Assembly: GCF_004010195.1 (NCBI RefSeq)
Contig: NC_057718.1
Span: forward strand, 29,021,792 to 29,074,140
Origin: Chiloscyllium plagiosum
Lineage: Eukaryota
Reading direction: 5' to 3'
Length of the DNA stretch: 52,349 nucleotides
How positions within the stretch are numbered: the stretch's first letter is position 1; the number at the start of each line of letters is the position of its first letter. Positions 38,635 through 51,007 of this stretch are shown in pieces. The notes below the pieces were generated by a model. The model was not told the DNA's origin. It made no database searches and saw nothing but the letters and a program-made list of their open reading frames with translations. Position numbers and translations under genes: made by a program.

Positions 38635-39355
38635 GGTACATGAGGCTGAGACAATAGGTCGGCCGTGGCAGTCAGGTTTGTGGATTTTGGGCAGGCGGTA
38701 GAAACGGGCGGTGCGGGGTTGTGGGACTATGAGGTTTGTGGATTTTGGGGTATTTACCAATACGTCTGTGTATTTCAATGCCTGCATCTCTGTCCAATGG
38801 GGTATCTGTTCTTCTGCGAGTGAGAGAGATGAGGTTGGAACTGACAGCAGGTTTGAATTGAGAATTGCTCTTTACTGAACTCTGCTCCTTTATTCGGTTG
38901 GTGGGACGTGGATGTTTCCGAATCTCCACACAGGGCCTCCTGGTCTTCTCCGGAGCTCTCCAGGATCCTCTCCACACATCAGGGTAGGGGGATGAGGGAA
39001 CGGATATCCGCCACTCCATCACCCGGGTTGGCCTCTCCATCACCCGGGTTGGCCTTTTCTGTCCTATTCCAGGCTCCTTCTCCTGGAATGGGAGAAAGGG
39101 AGGGAATGAGTGAGGGTGGGAGTTGATGGCCCTGCTGGTAGTGTTGGACTAGGTGAGTTGTGACATGGTGAGGTGGCCGGAGGGAGTCTGTCCNNNNNNN
39201 NNNNNNNNNNNNNNGCCTCCCTTGTCTGCTGGTTTGATAGTGAGGTTGGGGTTGGAACGGAGGGAGTGAAGGGCTGCATGTTCCGAGGGTGAGCGGTTGG
39301 AGTGGGTGAGAGGGGTGGAGAAGTTGAGGCGGTTAATGTCGTGGCGGTAAAATGT
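38635..39355 (-). mobile_element. Penelope-like RT fragments with an unrelated insert
   Basis: Minus frames read SLRSNPNLTIKPADKGG (39149..39448 ORF) and PRTARFYRLPKIHKPDCHGRPIVS (38419..38787 ORF), conserved PLE RT motifs. About 38760-39130 does not fit the PLE. Confidence 0.82.
39194..39214. other. Assembly gap (21 N)
   Basis: Run of n. Confidence 1.
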
Positions 39356-39366
39356 ACTCCAGCATT

Positions 39367-39870
39367 TGTTACAGTCATACAGCATGGAATTGACCCTTCG
39401 GTCCAACCAGTCCATGCCAACTACTATCCCAAACAAAACTAATTCCATCTGCCTGCTCCTGACCCCTACCCCTCTGAACCTTTCCTATTCATGCATTTAT
39501 CTAAGTGTCGAACCACCACATCCTCAGGAAGTTCATTCCACGTGCGAAGCACCCTCTAAAACAATTGCCCATTGTCTTTTTTAAATTCGCTCTCTTCTCA
39601 CCTTAAAAATATGCCATCTAATCTTGAAATTACCCCATCCTAGGGAAAAGACACCTATAACCCTATCTGTAAGGTCACACCTCAACATCCAATGCTCCAT
39701 TAAAAAAAGTTCCAGCTTTTCTTTATAATTCAAACCTTCCATATCCGGCAATATCCTAGCAAATTTCTCTGACCCCTCACAAGCGTAATAATATTTCTTA
39801 CAGCAGGGTGACCAGAACTGGACACAGTACTCCGGAAGAGGTCTCACCAATGTCCTGTACAAACTCAATA
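39367..39870 (-). mobile_element. CR1 LINE 3' end
   Basis: ORF 39581..39868 LYRTLVRPLPEYCVQFWSP. Confidence 0.88.
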
Positions 39871-39879
39871 TTTCCTATA

Positions 39880-40640
39880 TCTTGGCAGCCACCGCTCAAG
39901 AGACTACCAGTGAAGAAACTTAGTACCAAGTCAACTGAGCCAGCACTGCCTTCTCAAACTGTGACAAAAGTGCCTTTCACAACAAGACTTCCAGAAGTCA
40001 AAAGGTCCTGGTTCAAAGGGCCACTGTGTTGACCACCCTCTTCTGTTGAAGTGGAACTCTGGATGTCACACTAAGTCTTTCAAAGCATCCATCAGCAGTG
40101 CTGCTATCAAACTGTGGATATCGAATAGGAAGGCTACTGGATCAACAAGAGCATGCTCTATGAAGTTGTGCGTACCAGCATCGAAGCCTTGCTCCTAAAA
40201 GCCAACATGGATGGACGGGCCATTGCTACCTGATGCTGAAAAGTGCCGTCTGAGACAACTTTTCTTCTTCCAATTCTCTATTGGCCAATGTTTCAAGAAC
40301 ACCCAAAGGAAAAGATATAAGAGTACATTTAACGTTGCCCTAAAGTGCAGAGACATTGACATCACTGACCATGGAGGAGAAGGCTATCCACCACTTGGCA
40401 TGTCACCTTAGGATCCATCGAGGCTCAAGCCACTACAAGGCTCAGCAACATGACCATGAGGTGGAGCAGCAGCAGCAGAAGAATGCTAATCTACAACAGC
40501 AATTTCCATATCCCCTTGTAAAAACTGAGCTCCCAGCACAGGGAAAGGAAACTTGCAGTCCCCAAAATTAGGCTCCTCAATCATTAAGAAAGACCTAGTC
40601 TGACAGGCATCATCTTTGATTTCAAGGCAATGTTGATGAC
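39880..40640 (+). mobile_element. Decayed RTE-clade LINE 3' part
   Basis: Remnants resembling RTE motifs (ASTAF, VLTTL, TSIEALL, WTGH, QRKRYK). Confidence 0.6.
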
Positions 40641-41956
40641 GAACAATCTGGTTATCTGTTAGTTGGCTGCTTACCAGCCATTTTCTTTCAGATGTAGGAG
40701 GTTAAAAGTTCCAAACAGAATCAAAGAGGGGAGAAACTGAAGCAAGTAGGGGCAGCCTCTAATAGAAATGTAAATAAGCTTTGAAGCACAAACGTGGCAA
40801 TCTGAAACAAAACTTGATAATTCAACAAACTCAAGTATTAAAACCAACAGATGAACCCCCGTAGATTTGGAATGCAGCAATTGTGCACTGTAATACTGTA
40901 AATAATATACATAATATTTGGTAAAGTGCTGTGTCTGAACCAAATTCATGTAAATAGTACCTCTTGTGAAATTGTATCACATGCTTCAATTTATAGTATC
41001 CTGCACAATTTGCCTTTTTCCACTTCAATGAATGTGCCAAAAGCTCACTTCCTGCATTATGCCTTAATGTTTTCATTACTGAAACATTTGGCTGCATGTT
41101 GTAGTAAAAATGGCAAAAATATCAGCCCTCACAATTAAGAAAAAGAGTGAATCAGACAGCAACTTCTAATGGCTGGCTGCAAATGCGCAATTAATCACAG
41201 GAAGTTGAAGTCTGAGTAGTTGTACTCTTCCAGAAATTTTGCTGTCCCAGTAATCACAGCAACAGAATTGCCATAAAACACATGAAATGTGAGACTGTTA
41301 CTGTGGATCCATGTTAATAAATGTAACCAAAAAAAAAATAGGGCTTGTCCATTGCAGTGTAAGCATATTGTTAATTGCACAATAATTTTTCGTCCTCACT
41401 TAACCAACAGTTCTAGAATTAAAGAATAACTTTTACAAATGTGATCTTTTTTGGACATTTTAAAAAAAAAATATTTTATCTCATGTCTTGATCATGATTT
41501 CTGTTGGAAATGTGTGACAACCCTTACATTCAAACACATTTCAAAATTCACTGTACAGAAGCAGACATCCAGAACAAGTTCTTGATTGGGACACCAGGGC
41601 TCATTTTAAACTACAAATCTGTAACACAACGGGACCAATTGTACTCAGGCTGAGAGATTTTGCTTCTTAATTAAATTTTGATTCTAATATCACAAAGCTG
41701 GAAATTGGGCTATTTAAAATCAAAAGAAGAGAAATTCTCAGACATTGTTTCATTCTTTGTGGGATTCACTCTTATTTTACTTTATTAAACCTTTTCAAGT
41801 CACTTTATTCAACAATAAATGTTAAAGCAATTTCAGCTAGCTTAATATCCACTATAAGCATGTATAAATACCCAGCTGAAGTATATCAGAAAAGCTTTCA
41901 AGTGTCTTTTAAATATATAATAAAGAATTAATCATAAAATCTCTCACTCTCTTTAC

Positions 41957-42087
41957 CTGCATCAGCCTCATGAAAATCAGGAAAACTGAGATGAACAGTG
42001 TTTCGCTTTTCAGTTGCCGCACCCTCAACCAAACTACTCCGAACAGTGCTCTGTTTTTCAGTCATACTGCTTTCTTTGTCACAATCA
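41957..42087 (-). CDS. TTC7A: TTC7A coding exon (131 bp; about human exon 17)
   Basis: tttttttgtag|TGATTG...GATGCAG|gtaaag. Phase 2 in and phase 1 out, compatible with both neighbouring exons. Translates (S)DCDKESSMTEKQSTVRSSLVEGAATEKRNTVHLSFPDFHEADA(G); the end resembles human MHLTLPDAHDADSG. Confidence 0.9.
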
Positions 42088-43039
42088 CTACAAAAAAAAG
42101 TGGACAGATTTAATCACAGGGCAATAATGGAAATTGTTTTTTGTTTTTAAGCCTTGTCTTTCTAAGACTGATTACTGCTTTTCCTGATAGCTGCCAGTAT
42201 CTTGCCCCCGTGACCATTCTTCACGTGAGTAACTGGATTCAATTCTGGAGGAGGAAGAGAGAATACCGCAAAAGAGCCTTGCACCAAATTCATTTATGTT
42301 CACCTGCTGGCTAAGTTTACTGGATAGCAATAGTTCACAATACTGCTTGCTAACTTTGCCTACTCCTAAGCTAGGCAATATCTGCTGAATAAATGCAAAG
42401 CAGGGATTGATCAGGAGTTTCACTTGCTATGAATGCCATGTAGTGCAGTTACTTGCCAAACCACCATGAAGCCAATTAACTCTAATTCAATAACTTTATT
42501 CAGTCACTACTCAACTGTTATTTCCTGCTTCCAAGTGGATGCATTGTTAATAACATGATCTATAAAGTGGGGAACAATACAACTGTCATTATTAAAGCTA
42601 ATAAATATAGTATGATACACTTACACCTAACCTATATAAACACTGAGGCTACAAGAGCAGGTCAGATGCTGGAAATTCTACAACAAGTAAATTATATTCT
42701 AACTCCCCAAAGCCTGTTAACCAAAGATACAAGTGAAGAATATGATGGAACTCTCTCCCTTCGTAAATGCAGCTCTGACAAAGCTCAAGATGCTCAATAC
42801 AATGTGATAACCTAACATTCTTTTGGGAAGGAAATCTGCTGTTTTTAACCAATCTGGCTTATTTGTAACTCAAATAATGCAGTTGACTCTTAACCACATA
42901 TTGAAAATGGCGTGGCAAGCCAGTCAATTGAAGGGAAATTAGTGATGAGCAACAAATATTGGCTTTGCCAATGATGTCCACTTATCAAAGATGAAAGAAC
43001 TCATCCAAGACAAAGCAGTCAGCTTGACTGGCACCCATT

Positions 43040-44260
43040 TATATTGTTCTCCAGCATCACCTCCTAGCTCTTAAACTCTATACCCCGACTAATAAAGACA
43101 AGTATCCTACATGCCTTCTTAATCACATTATCTACCTGTTTCACTACCTTAAGGGACTGGTAGATGTAAACAGAGATCCTTTGGTCCTTGGTGCTTCCCA
43201 GGGTCCAATTTGCTATGTCTCTCCTATTCACGTGCATCACTTCACACCTATTCGGACTGAATTGCATCTGACCAGCCCACCTGTATCCTCCTGTACTCTC
43301 AGGCTATCATCCTCACTATTTATCATCTTCGCCAATTTCATATCATCCATGAACTTACTGATCAATCCTCCTACACTCAACTCTAAATTCTTTATATATA
43401 CCGTAAACTGATCCCTGCTGAACCCCAATGGACACAGGCTTCGAGAAACACCCCTCAATCATTATCCTCTGCTTCCTGCCACTTGGTCAATTCTGTTAAC
43501 CAGTTTGCCAAATTTCCTTGACTCCCATGGGCTCCTACTTTTGTTATCAGTCTCCCAAGTGGAACCTTATCAAGAGCCTTGATGAAGTCCAAGTATACCA
43601 TATCAAATGTATTGCCCTCATCTATCTACACACCTGGTTATGTCTTTGAAAAATTCCATCCAGTTGGGCAGGTATGACCTCCCTTTAACCAAAGGTATTT
43701 CTTGACTTTTCTTGATTAATCCCTGCCTCTCTAAGTGCAGATTAATTCTGTCTCAGTATTATTTCCAAAAGTTACCCCATAATGAAGGTTAGGTTGACTA
43801 GCCAATAATTTGCTGTTTCTCTTGCTCCCTTTTTGAATAATGGTACCACATTGGCTGTCACCCAATCCTCTGGCACCTCTCCTGCGGCCAGGGAGGAATT
43901 GAAAATTATTGCCATTTTTTCCCTTGCCTCACTCCACAGTTGGAGATACATTTCATGTGGCCCTGGAGATTTATCTACTTTTAAGGCTGTCAGACCACTC
44001 AGAACCTCCTCCATCTATGCTAACTTCTTTATGTTTATCAAAGCCATTCTCCCTGATTTCTATACCCACATTGTTGCTCTCACAAGTGAGTACTAAATAT
44101 TCATATGTCCTCTGGACGCACAAATTACCACTGTGGTCCTTTATGGGCCCTGCTCTTTCTCTAATTACCTTTTATATCCTTATACAATATCTTAGGAGTT
44201 TCCTTTATTATTGCTACCATTATTCTTTCATGCTCCCTTTGTGCTCTCCTGATCTCGGAG
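43040..44260 (-). mobile_element. Decayed CR1 RT region
   Basis: ORFs 43772..44014 (KVDKSPGP...VPEDWVTANVVPLFKKG) and 43237..43458 (ISKFMDDMKL). Confidence 0.88.
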
Positions 44261-44918
44261 TATCCCTTTGGACCTCTGGGGCTTCTCCTGTTTTGAGGCC
44301 CAGTCTTCTCAGACCTGCACTCAGTTTGCTTTGAGCATCAGCATCAGGACAAATGTTATGCTTCAGGGTGCCACTACACTGACAACTGTCAATATTGCAA
44401 GTGTAATACTGGAGGCTACTGATAGATTCATAATGATTATGGAGCAGAGAAACTATCACTTGGAGCCTGAAATCAACTCAAACCTCAAAAGCTACAGATG
44501 CTATGTCCAAGCTGAGTGCTTGAAACAGCAAAAAAAAAACTGACTTAAGACACATTTCATGTGGCCCTGGAGATTTATCTACTTTTAAGGCTGTCAGACC
44601 ACTGCCTGGATCTACCAAGCCTGGATGTTCAATATTCTCATCTACAGTGGTGAGACCTGAACAATATACATTAGGCAAAAGAAAAAGCTGAATAGTGTCT
44701 TCCTTCACTGTCTCAGATGTATCTATAGCATATTTTGGATTCCACAAGTAGAGAAGTTTAAAAGCCTGTGCCTAAGTTAAAAATATTTTAAAAAGACAGT
44801 AACCTTTAGCAAATAAATATCTGTTACTGTCCCTGACATTGATAGAAGGTATCGGAAGGAACTGATGAGAAGACAGATAGTAAGATTCACAGTTTAAATT
44901 TGATAGCTATCCTTTTTA

Positions 44919-46125
44919 TAGAGTCACAGCATGGAAATAGACCCTTCGTTCCATGCAGACCATGTGCCCAAACTAAACTGGCCCCACTTGCCTCCATTTG
45001 ATCCATATCCCTCGAAACCTTTCCTGTTCATGTACTTAGCTAAATGCCTTTTAAAATACTTTAACTGTACCCACACCCACCACTTCCTTTGAAAGTTCAT
45101 TCCACACACGAACCATTCCCTATGTAAAAAACTGCCCCCATGCCCTTTTTAAAACTTTCTCCTCTCACCTGAAAAATATGCCTTCCAGTTTTGAACTTCC
45201 TCACCGTGCAGAAAAGACCCTCGCCATTCATCTTATCTATGCCCCTCATGATTTTATAAACGTCTGAAGGTTACCCCTCAACCTCCTATGCTCCAATGAA
45301 AAATATCCCAGCCTATCCAGTCTCTCCTGATTCTAACCCTCCCATTCCCGGCGACATCCTAGTAAATCTTTTCTGAATCCTCTCTAATTCTCCTGGGAGC
45401 AGATGCGGCGGAGACGAAGGAATTGGGAGAATGGGATGGCGTTTTTACAGGGGGCGGGGTGGGAGGAGGTGTAGTCCTCTGATTCTAACCCTCCCATTCC
45501 CGGCAACATCCTAGTAAATCTTTTCTGAATCCTCTCTAATTTAATAATGTTCTTCTTATAGTAGGGTGACCAGAATTACACAGAGTACTCCAAAAGAAAT
45601 CTAACCAATGTCCTGTACAACCTCAACATGACGTCCCAACGTATATACTCAAAGATCTGAACAATGAAGTCAAGCGTGCTAAACACTTCCTTAACAAACT
45701 GATCTGTGATGCAAATTTCAAAGAATTATATACCTAAATCCCAAGACCTCTCTGTTCTATACCCCCACCCAGGACACTACCCTGCCCTTGCTTGTTTTAC
45801 CAAAATGCAAGACCTCTCATTTATCCAGATTAAACTCTATCTGCCATTTCTCAGCCTATTGACCCAACTGATCAAGATCATTTTGTAATCTTCCATAACC
45901 TTTTTCACTGTCATTTGCAAACTTACTAACAACGCCTCCTATATTCTCATCCAAATCGCTGACAAACAGAAGTGGAACCAATACCAATCCCTGTGGAACA
46001 CTGGTGCTCACAGGCTTCCAGTCTGAAAAACCTAGTGCCACTACACTCTGTCTCTGCTGTAAAGCCAATTTTGTATCCGATTGGCAAGCTCTCCCTGAAT
46101 CCCATGTGACCTAACATTACTAATT
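44919..46125 (-). mobile_element. CR1 LINE 3' half with a PLE RT fragment inserted
   Basis: ORFs 45856..46068 (SVPQGLVL...SKFAND) and 44924..45109; CR1 tail atagagtcacag. Confidence 0.88.
45390..45478 (-). mobile_element. 89-bp internal Penelope-like RT fragment
   Basis: Minus strand encodes DYTSSHPAPCKNAIPFSQFLRLRRICSQE, the conserved PLE RT C-terminal motif. Confidence 0.85.
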
Positions 46126-46529
46126 AGAATACAATATAGAATATCCTTTTATTGTCATGTGTATTCAATAAAAATACAATGAAAAGTGTATACTGTCGCT
46201 GCACACAGGTGCCATTCACATTAACTTAGAGAAACCAATTTCTTCCTTCTCTGCTGCTACAGCATACCGGGCACCCAACCCACACCGCTCCACTGCTAGG
46301 GTCCCACTCCACATGGAAGTGAGAATCTGGCTCTAAGCTTCACAGACTGACTGACTGTCTCTGCAGCTCCGCTGCCTCTGAAGACGATACAACTGCTCTG
46401 GAGCCCGAAGCATTCTCCTGCCGTAAAGCTCTCAAAATCAGATATGTTTGAGAAAAAAAATGTAAAGGAAGAAAAAAGAAAGCGAGAAAAATGCAGACGA
46501 AGCCCAGTCGCAGGAGCTCATATGGCACA

Positions 46530-49500
46530 AAACGTCCCAACCCAATGTAGTCCCACCTGCCAGCAACTGGCCCAAATCCCTCCAAACCCTTCCTATTCAT
46601 ATACCCATCCAAATGCCTTTTAAATGTTGCAATTGTACCAGCCTCCACCATTTCCTCTGGCAACTCATTCCATACACATACTACCCTCTGTGTGGAAAAG
46701 TTTCCCCTCAGGTCTCTTTTATATCTTTCCCCTCTCACCCTAAACCTATACCCTCTAGTTCTGGACTCCTCCACTCCAGGGAAAATGACTTTGTCTATTT
46801 ATCCTATCCATGCCCCTCATGATTTTATAAACCTCTATAAGGTCACCCCTCAGCCTCCGACACTCCAGGGAAAACAAGCCCAGCCTATTCAACCTCTCCC
46901 TATAGCTCAAATCCTCCAACCCTGGCAACATCCTTGTAAATCTTTTCTGAACCCTTTCAACTTTCACAACATCGTCCAAGAGGAGAGAGGCCAGAACTGC
47001 ACGCAATATTCTAAAAGTGGCCTAACAAATGTCCTGTACAGCCGCAACATGACCTCCAAACCCGTGTACTCAATACATTGACCAATAAAAAGGAAAACAT
47101 ACCAACCTCCTTCTTCACTATCCTATCTACCTGCGACTCCACTTTCTAGGATCTATGAACCTGCAAATCAAGATCTCTTTGTTCAGCAACACTCCCTACA
47201 ACCTTACCATTAAGTGTATAAGTTCTGCTAAGATTTGCTTTCCCAAAATGTAGCAGCTCGCATTTATCTAAATTAAACTCCATCTGCCACTTCTCAGCCC
47301 ATTGGCCCATCTGATCAAGATCCCGTTGTAATCCGAGGTAACCTTCTTTGCTGTGCATTACACCTCCAATTTTGGTGTCATCTGTAAACTTACTAACTAT
47401 ACCTCTTATGCTTGTGACACTCCATTGGTCACAAGCCTCCAGTCTGAAAAAAACATCTCTCCACCACCACCCTCTGTCTTCTACCTTTGAGCCAATTCTG
47501 TATCCAAATGGCTAGTTCTCCCTGTATTCCATGAGATCTAACCTTGCTAATCAGTCTCTCACGGGGAACGTTGTCGAACGCCTTACTGAAGTACATATTG
47601 ATCACATCCACCGCTCTGCCCTCATCAATCCTCTTTGTTACTTCTTCAAACAACTCAATCAAGTTTGAGAGACATGATTTCCCATGCACAAAGCCATGTT
47701 GACTATCCCTAATCAGTCCTTGCCTTTTGAAATATATGTACATCCTGTCCCTCAGGATTTCCCCAACAATTAGCCCACCACAGATGTCAGGCTCACTGGT
47801 CTATAGTTCCCTGGCTTGTCCTTACCACCTTTCTTAAATAATGGCACCATGTTAGCTAACCTCCAGTCTTCCAGTACCTCATTTGTGACCATCAATGGTA
47901 CAAATATGTCAGCAAAGGGGCCTAGCAATCACTTCCTTAGCTTCCCACAGAGTTCTAGGGACACTTGATCAGATCCTGGGGATTTATCCACCTTTATGCA
48001 TTTCAAGATATCCAGCAATTCCTCCTCTGTAAGATGGACATATTTGAAGATGTCACCATCTATTTCCCTACATTTTATACATTCCATGTCCTTTTCCACA
48101 GTAAACACTGATGCAAAACACTTGTTTAGTATCACCCCCATCTCCTGCAGTTCCACACAAAGGCTGCCTTGCTGATCTTTGAGAGGCCCTATTCTCTCCC
48201 TAGCTCCCCTTTTATTCTTAATGTAGTTGTAAAAACCTTTTGGATTCTACTTAATTCTATTTGCCAAAGCTATCTCATGTCCCCTTTTTGCCCTCCTGAT
48301 TTCCCTCTTAAGTATACTCCTACTTCCTTTATACTCTTCTAAGGAATCACTTGATCTATCTTGTCTATACTTTCTTTTTCTTAACCAAATCCTCAACGTC
48401 TTTAGTCATCCAGCATTCCCTACACCTACCAGTCTTTCCTTTCACCCTAATAGGAATATACTGTCTCCGGACTCCCGTTATCTCATTTCTTAAGGCTTCC
48501 CATTTTCCAGCCATTTCTTTACCTGCGAACATCTGCCCTCAGTCAGCTTTTGAAAGTTCTTGCCTAATACCGTCAAAATTAGCCTTCCGCCAATTTAGCA
48601 TTTCAACTTTTAAATCGACCCATTACTATTTTAAAATTAATAGAATTATGGCCTCAAAGTGCTCCCCCACTGACAACTCAGTCACCTGCCCAGCCTTACT
48701 TCCCAAGAGTAGGTCAAGTTTTGCACTTTTCCTCGTCGGTACATCCACATATTGAATCAGAAAATTTTCTTGTACACTCTTAAAAATCCTCTTTATCTAA
48801 ACTTTTAATACTACAGCAGTCCCAGTCAATGTTTAGAAAGTTAAAATCTCCTATCATAACCACACTATTATTCTTACAGATAACTGAGATCTCCTTACAA
48901 ACTTGTTTCTCAATTTTCTGCTGACTATTAGGGGGTCAATAATATAATCCCAATAAGGTGATCATCCCGTTCTTATTTCTCAGTTCCACCCAAATAACTT
49001 CCCTGGATATATTTCCGGGAATATCCTCCCTCAGCACAGCTATAATGCTATCCCTTATCAAAAACGCCACTCCCCCTCCTCTCTTGCCTCCCTTTCTGTC
49101 CTTCCTGTAGCATTTGTATCCTGGAACATTAAGCTGCCAGTCCTGCCCATCCCTGAGCCATGTTTCTGTAATTGCTATGATATCCTAGTCCATGTTCCTA
49201 ACCATGTCCTAAGTTCATCTGCCTTCCCTGTTAGGCCCCTTGCATTGAAATAAATGCAGTTTAATTGATCAGTTCTATTTTGTTCTCTGCTTTGTCCCTG
49301 CCTGCCCTGACTGTTTGACTCGCTTCTTTTATCAATTGTACCAGTCTCAGATTGATCTCTTTCCTCACTGTCTCCCCAGGTCCCACTCCCCCACCTTACT
49401 AGTTGAAATCCGCCTGAGCAGCTCTAGCAAATCATCTTGCCAGTGTATTAGTCCCCTTCCAATTTAGGTGCAATCCGTCCTTCTTGTACAGGTCATTTCT

Positions 49501-50450
49501 ACCCAGAAGAGATTCCAATGATCCAAAAATGTGAATCCTTCTCCCATACACCAGATCCTCAGCCATGTATTCATCTGCTCTATCCTCCTTTTCCTATCCT
49601 CACTAGCTCGAAGCACTGGGAGTAATCCAGATATTATTACTCTTGAGGATCTCCTTTTAAAATTCCTGCCTAACTCTTTACATTCTCCCTTCGGAATCTC
49701 ATTCTTTTCCCTTCCTAGGTTGTTGGTTCCAATGTGTACAATGATCCTTCTCCCTCTTGAGAACATTCTGCACCCTCTCTGAGGTATCCTTGATCCTGGC
49801 ACCAGGGAGGCAACACACCATTCTGATTTTTCGCAGCTGCCCACAGAAACATCTGTCTGTGCTACAGAATAGAGAGACCCCCAACACAATTGATCTCTTG
49901 GAACCCGACGTACCTCTCATTGCGTTAGAGTCAGTCTCGATACCAGAAACTTGGCTGTTCATGCTACATTCCCCTGAGAATCTATCACCCCCTACATTTC
50001 CAAAACAGCATACTTGTTTGAAATGGGGATAGCTACAGAAGACTCCTGCACTAACTGCCTACTTCTCTACGTGACTGTATCTGCAACTTTTCTCCCTTCC
50101 TATAACTGCCATCCATCACACCCCTTGTTCTTGTAAATTCCTCATTGCCTCTGTCTCTCCAACTGATCCATTTGATCTGATAGGATTTGCAACCAACAGC
50201 ATTTGATTAGATTAGATTAGATTAGATTACTTCAGTCAGTCGCCTGAGTCGGGAATTGAACCCGGGTCTCTGGCGCTGTGAGGCAGCAGTGCTAACCACT
50301 GTGCCACCGTGCCACCCGTGCAGGTTTCATCCTCAGTATCATGTGAATTCTCCTTAAACTCCCACATCCAACAAGAAGAGCATATCACTCGACGAAAGGC
50401 CATTTTTGCTTCTTCCAATCTATAGACCCAGAAAATAGCACTGTCTTATT
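46530..50450 (-). mobile_element. Near-full-length decayed CR1 LINE
   Basis: ORF1 Cys motif (VICSSCWMWE), SGNH-like IVHIGTNN...ISGLLP (49464..49889), endonuclease region, and RT ORFs 47429..47743, 47146..47358 and 46755..47006. Confidence 0.93.
50204..50317 (-). mobile_element. Internally deleted HE1 SINE with (GATTA)n tail inside CR1 ORF1
   Basis: The tRNA-derived head (50233-50317) is joined directly to five gatta repeats. Confidence 0.85.
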
Positions 50451-51007
50451 CCCCTACAAAACACTGCTCCAGGCTCACTTAATACTTACGGCTTATATTT
50501 TTACGTTTAATCAAGAGACATATCTGCCATGGTCAACTGGCAAAATAGACTTGATGGGCCAAATGGCCTAAATCTGCTCCGACATCTTATGGTCTTAGTC
50601 ACTTACAAATAGAAAATAGATTAAAATTATAGTGCAGGCCCGTAACAAAAACATTGCATTTTCATCTATGATATTTTATTTCATTCCCCTCACCCCACTA
50701 TTAGAGCAAACCTCCTGTTCACTTAAAGAAATATGGGTATTTAATACAAATCATTCCAGGAAGAGAGATTCAATGCTCCTGCACACATCAACATCCTACA
50801 AATAACAGTGATCTTTGAAAAGTTTATTAACTGGAAAATCTCACTTGCTTTCTCTCCAAATACACTGCCTGACCTGCAGAGTTCTTTTTTCCACTACTTT
50901 CTGTTTTCATTTCAGATTTCCAGCATTGAAGATAATTTGTTTTTCATGTGTTAAGTACATAGCTGCACTGTCTGTGTCATTTAAGTACCAGATTGAATGG
51001 CTGCTGA

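Noticed and set aside
31927..50450. Active autonomous CR1 elements
   Set aside because: Both long copies are broken by frameshifts, stops and deletions.
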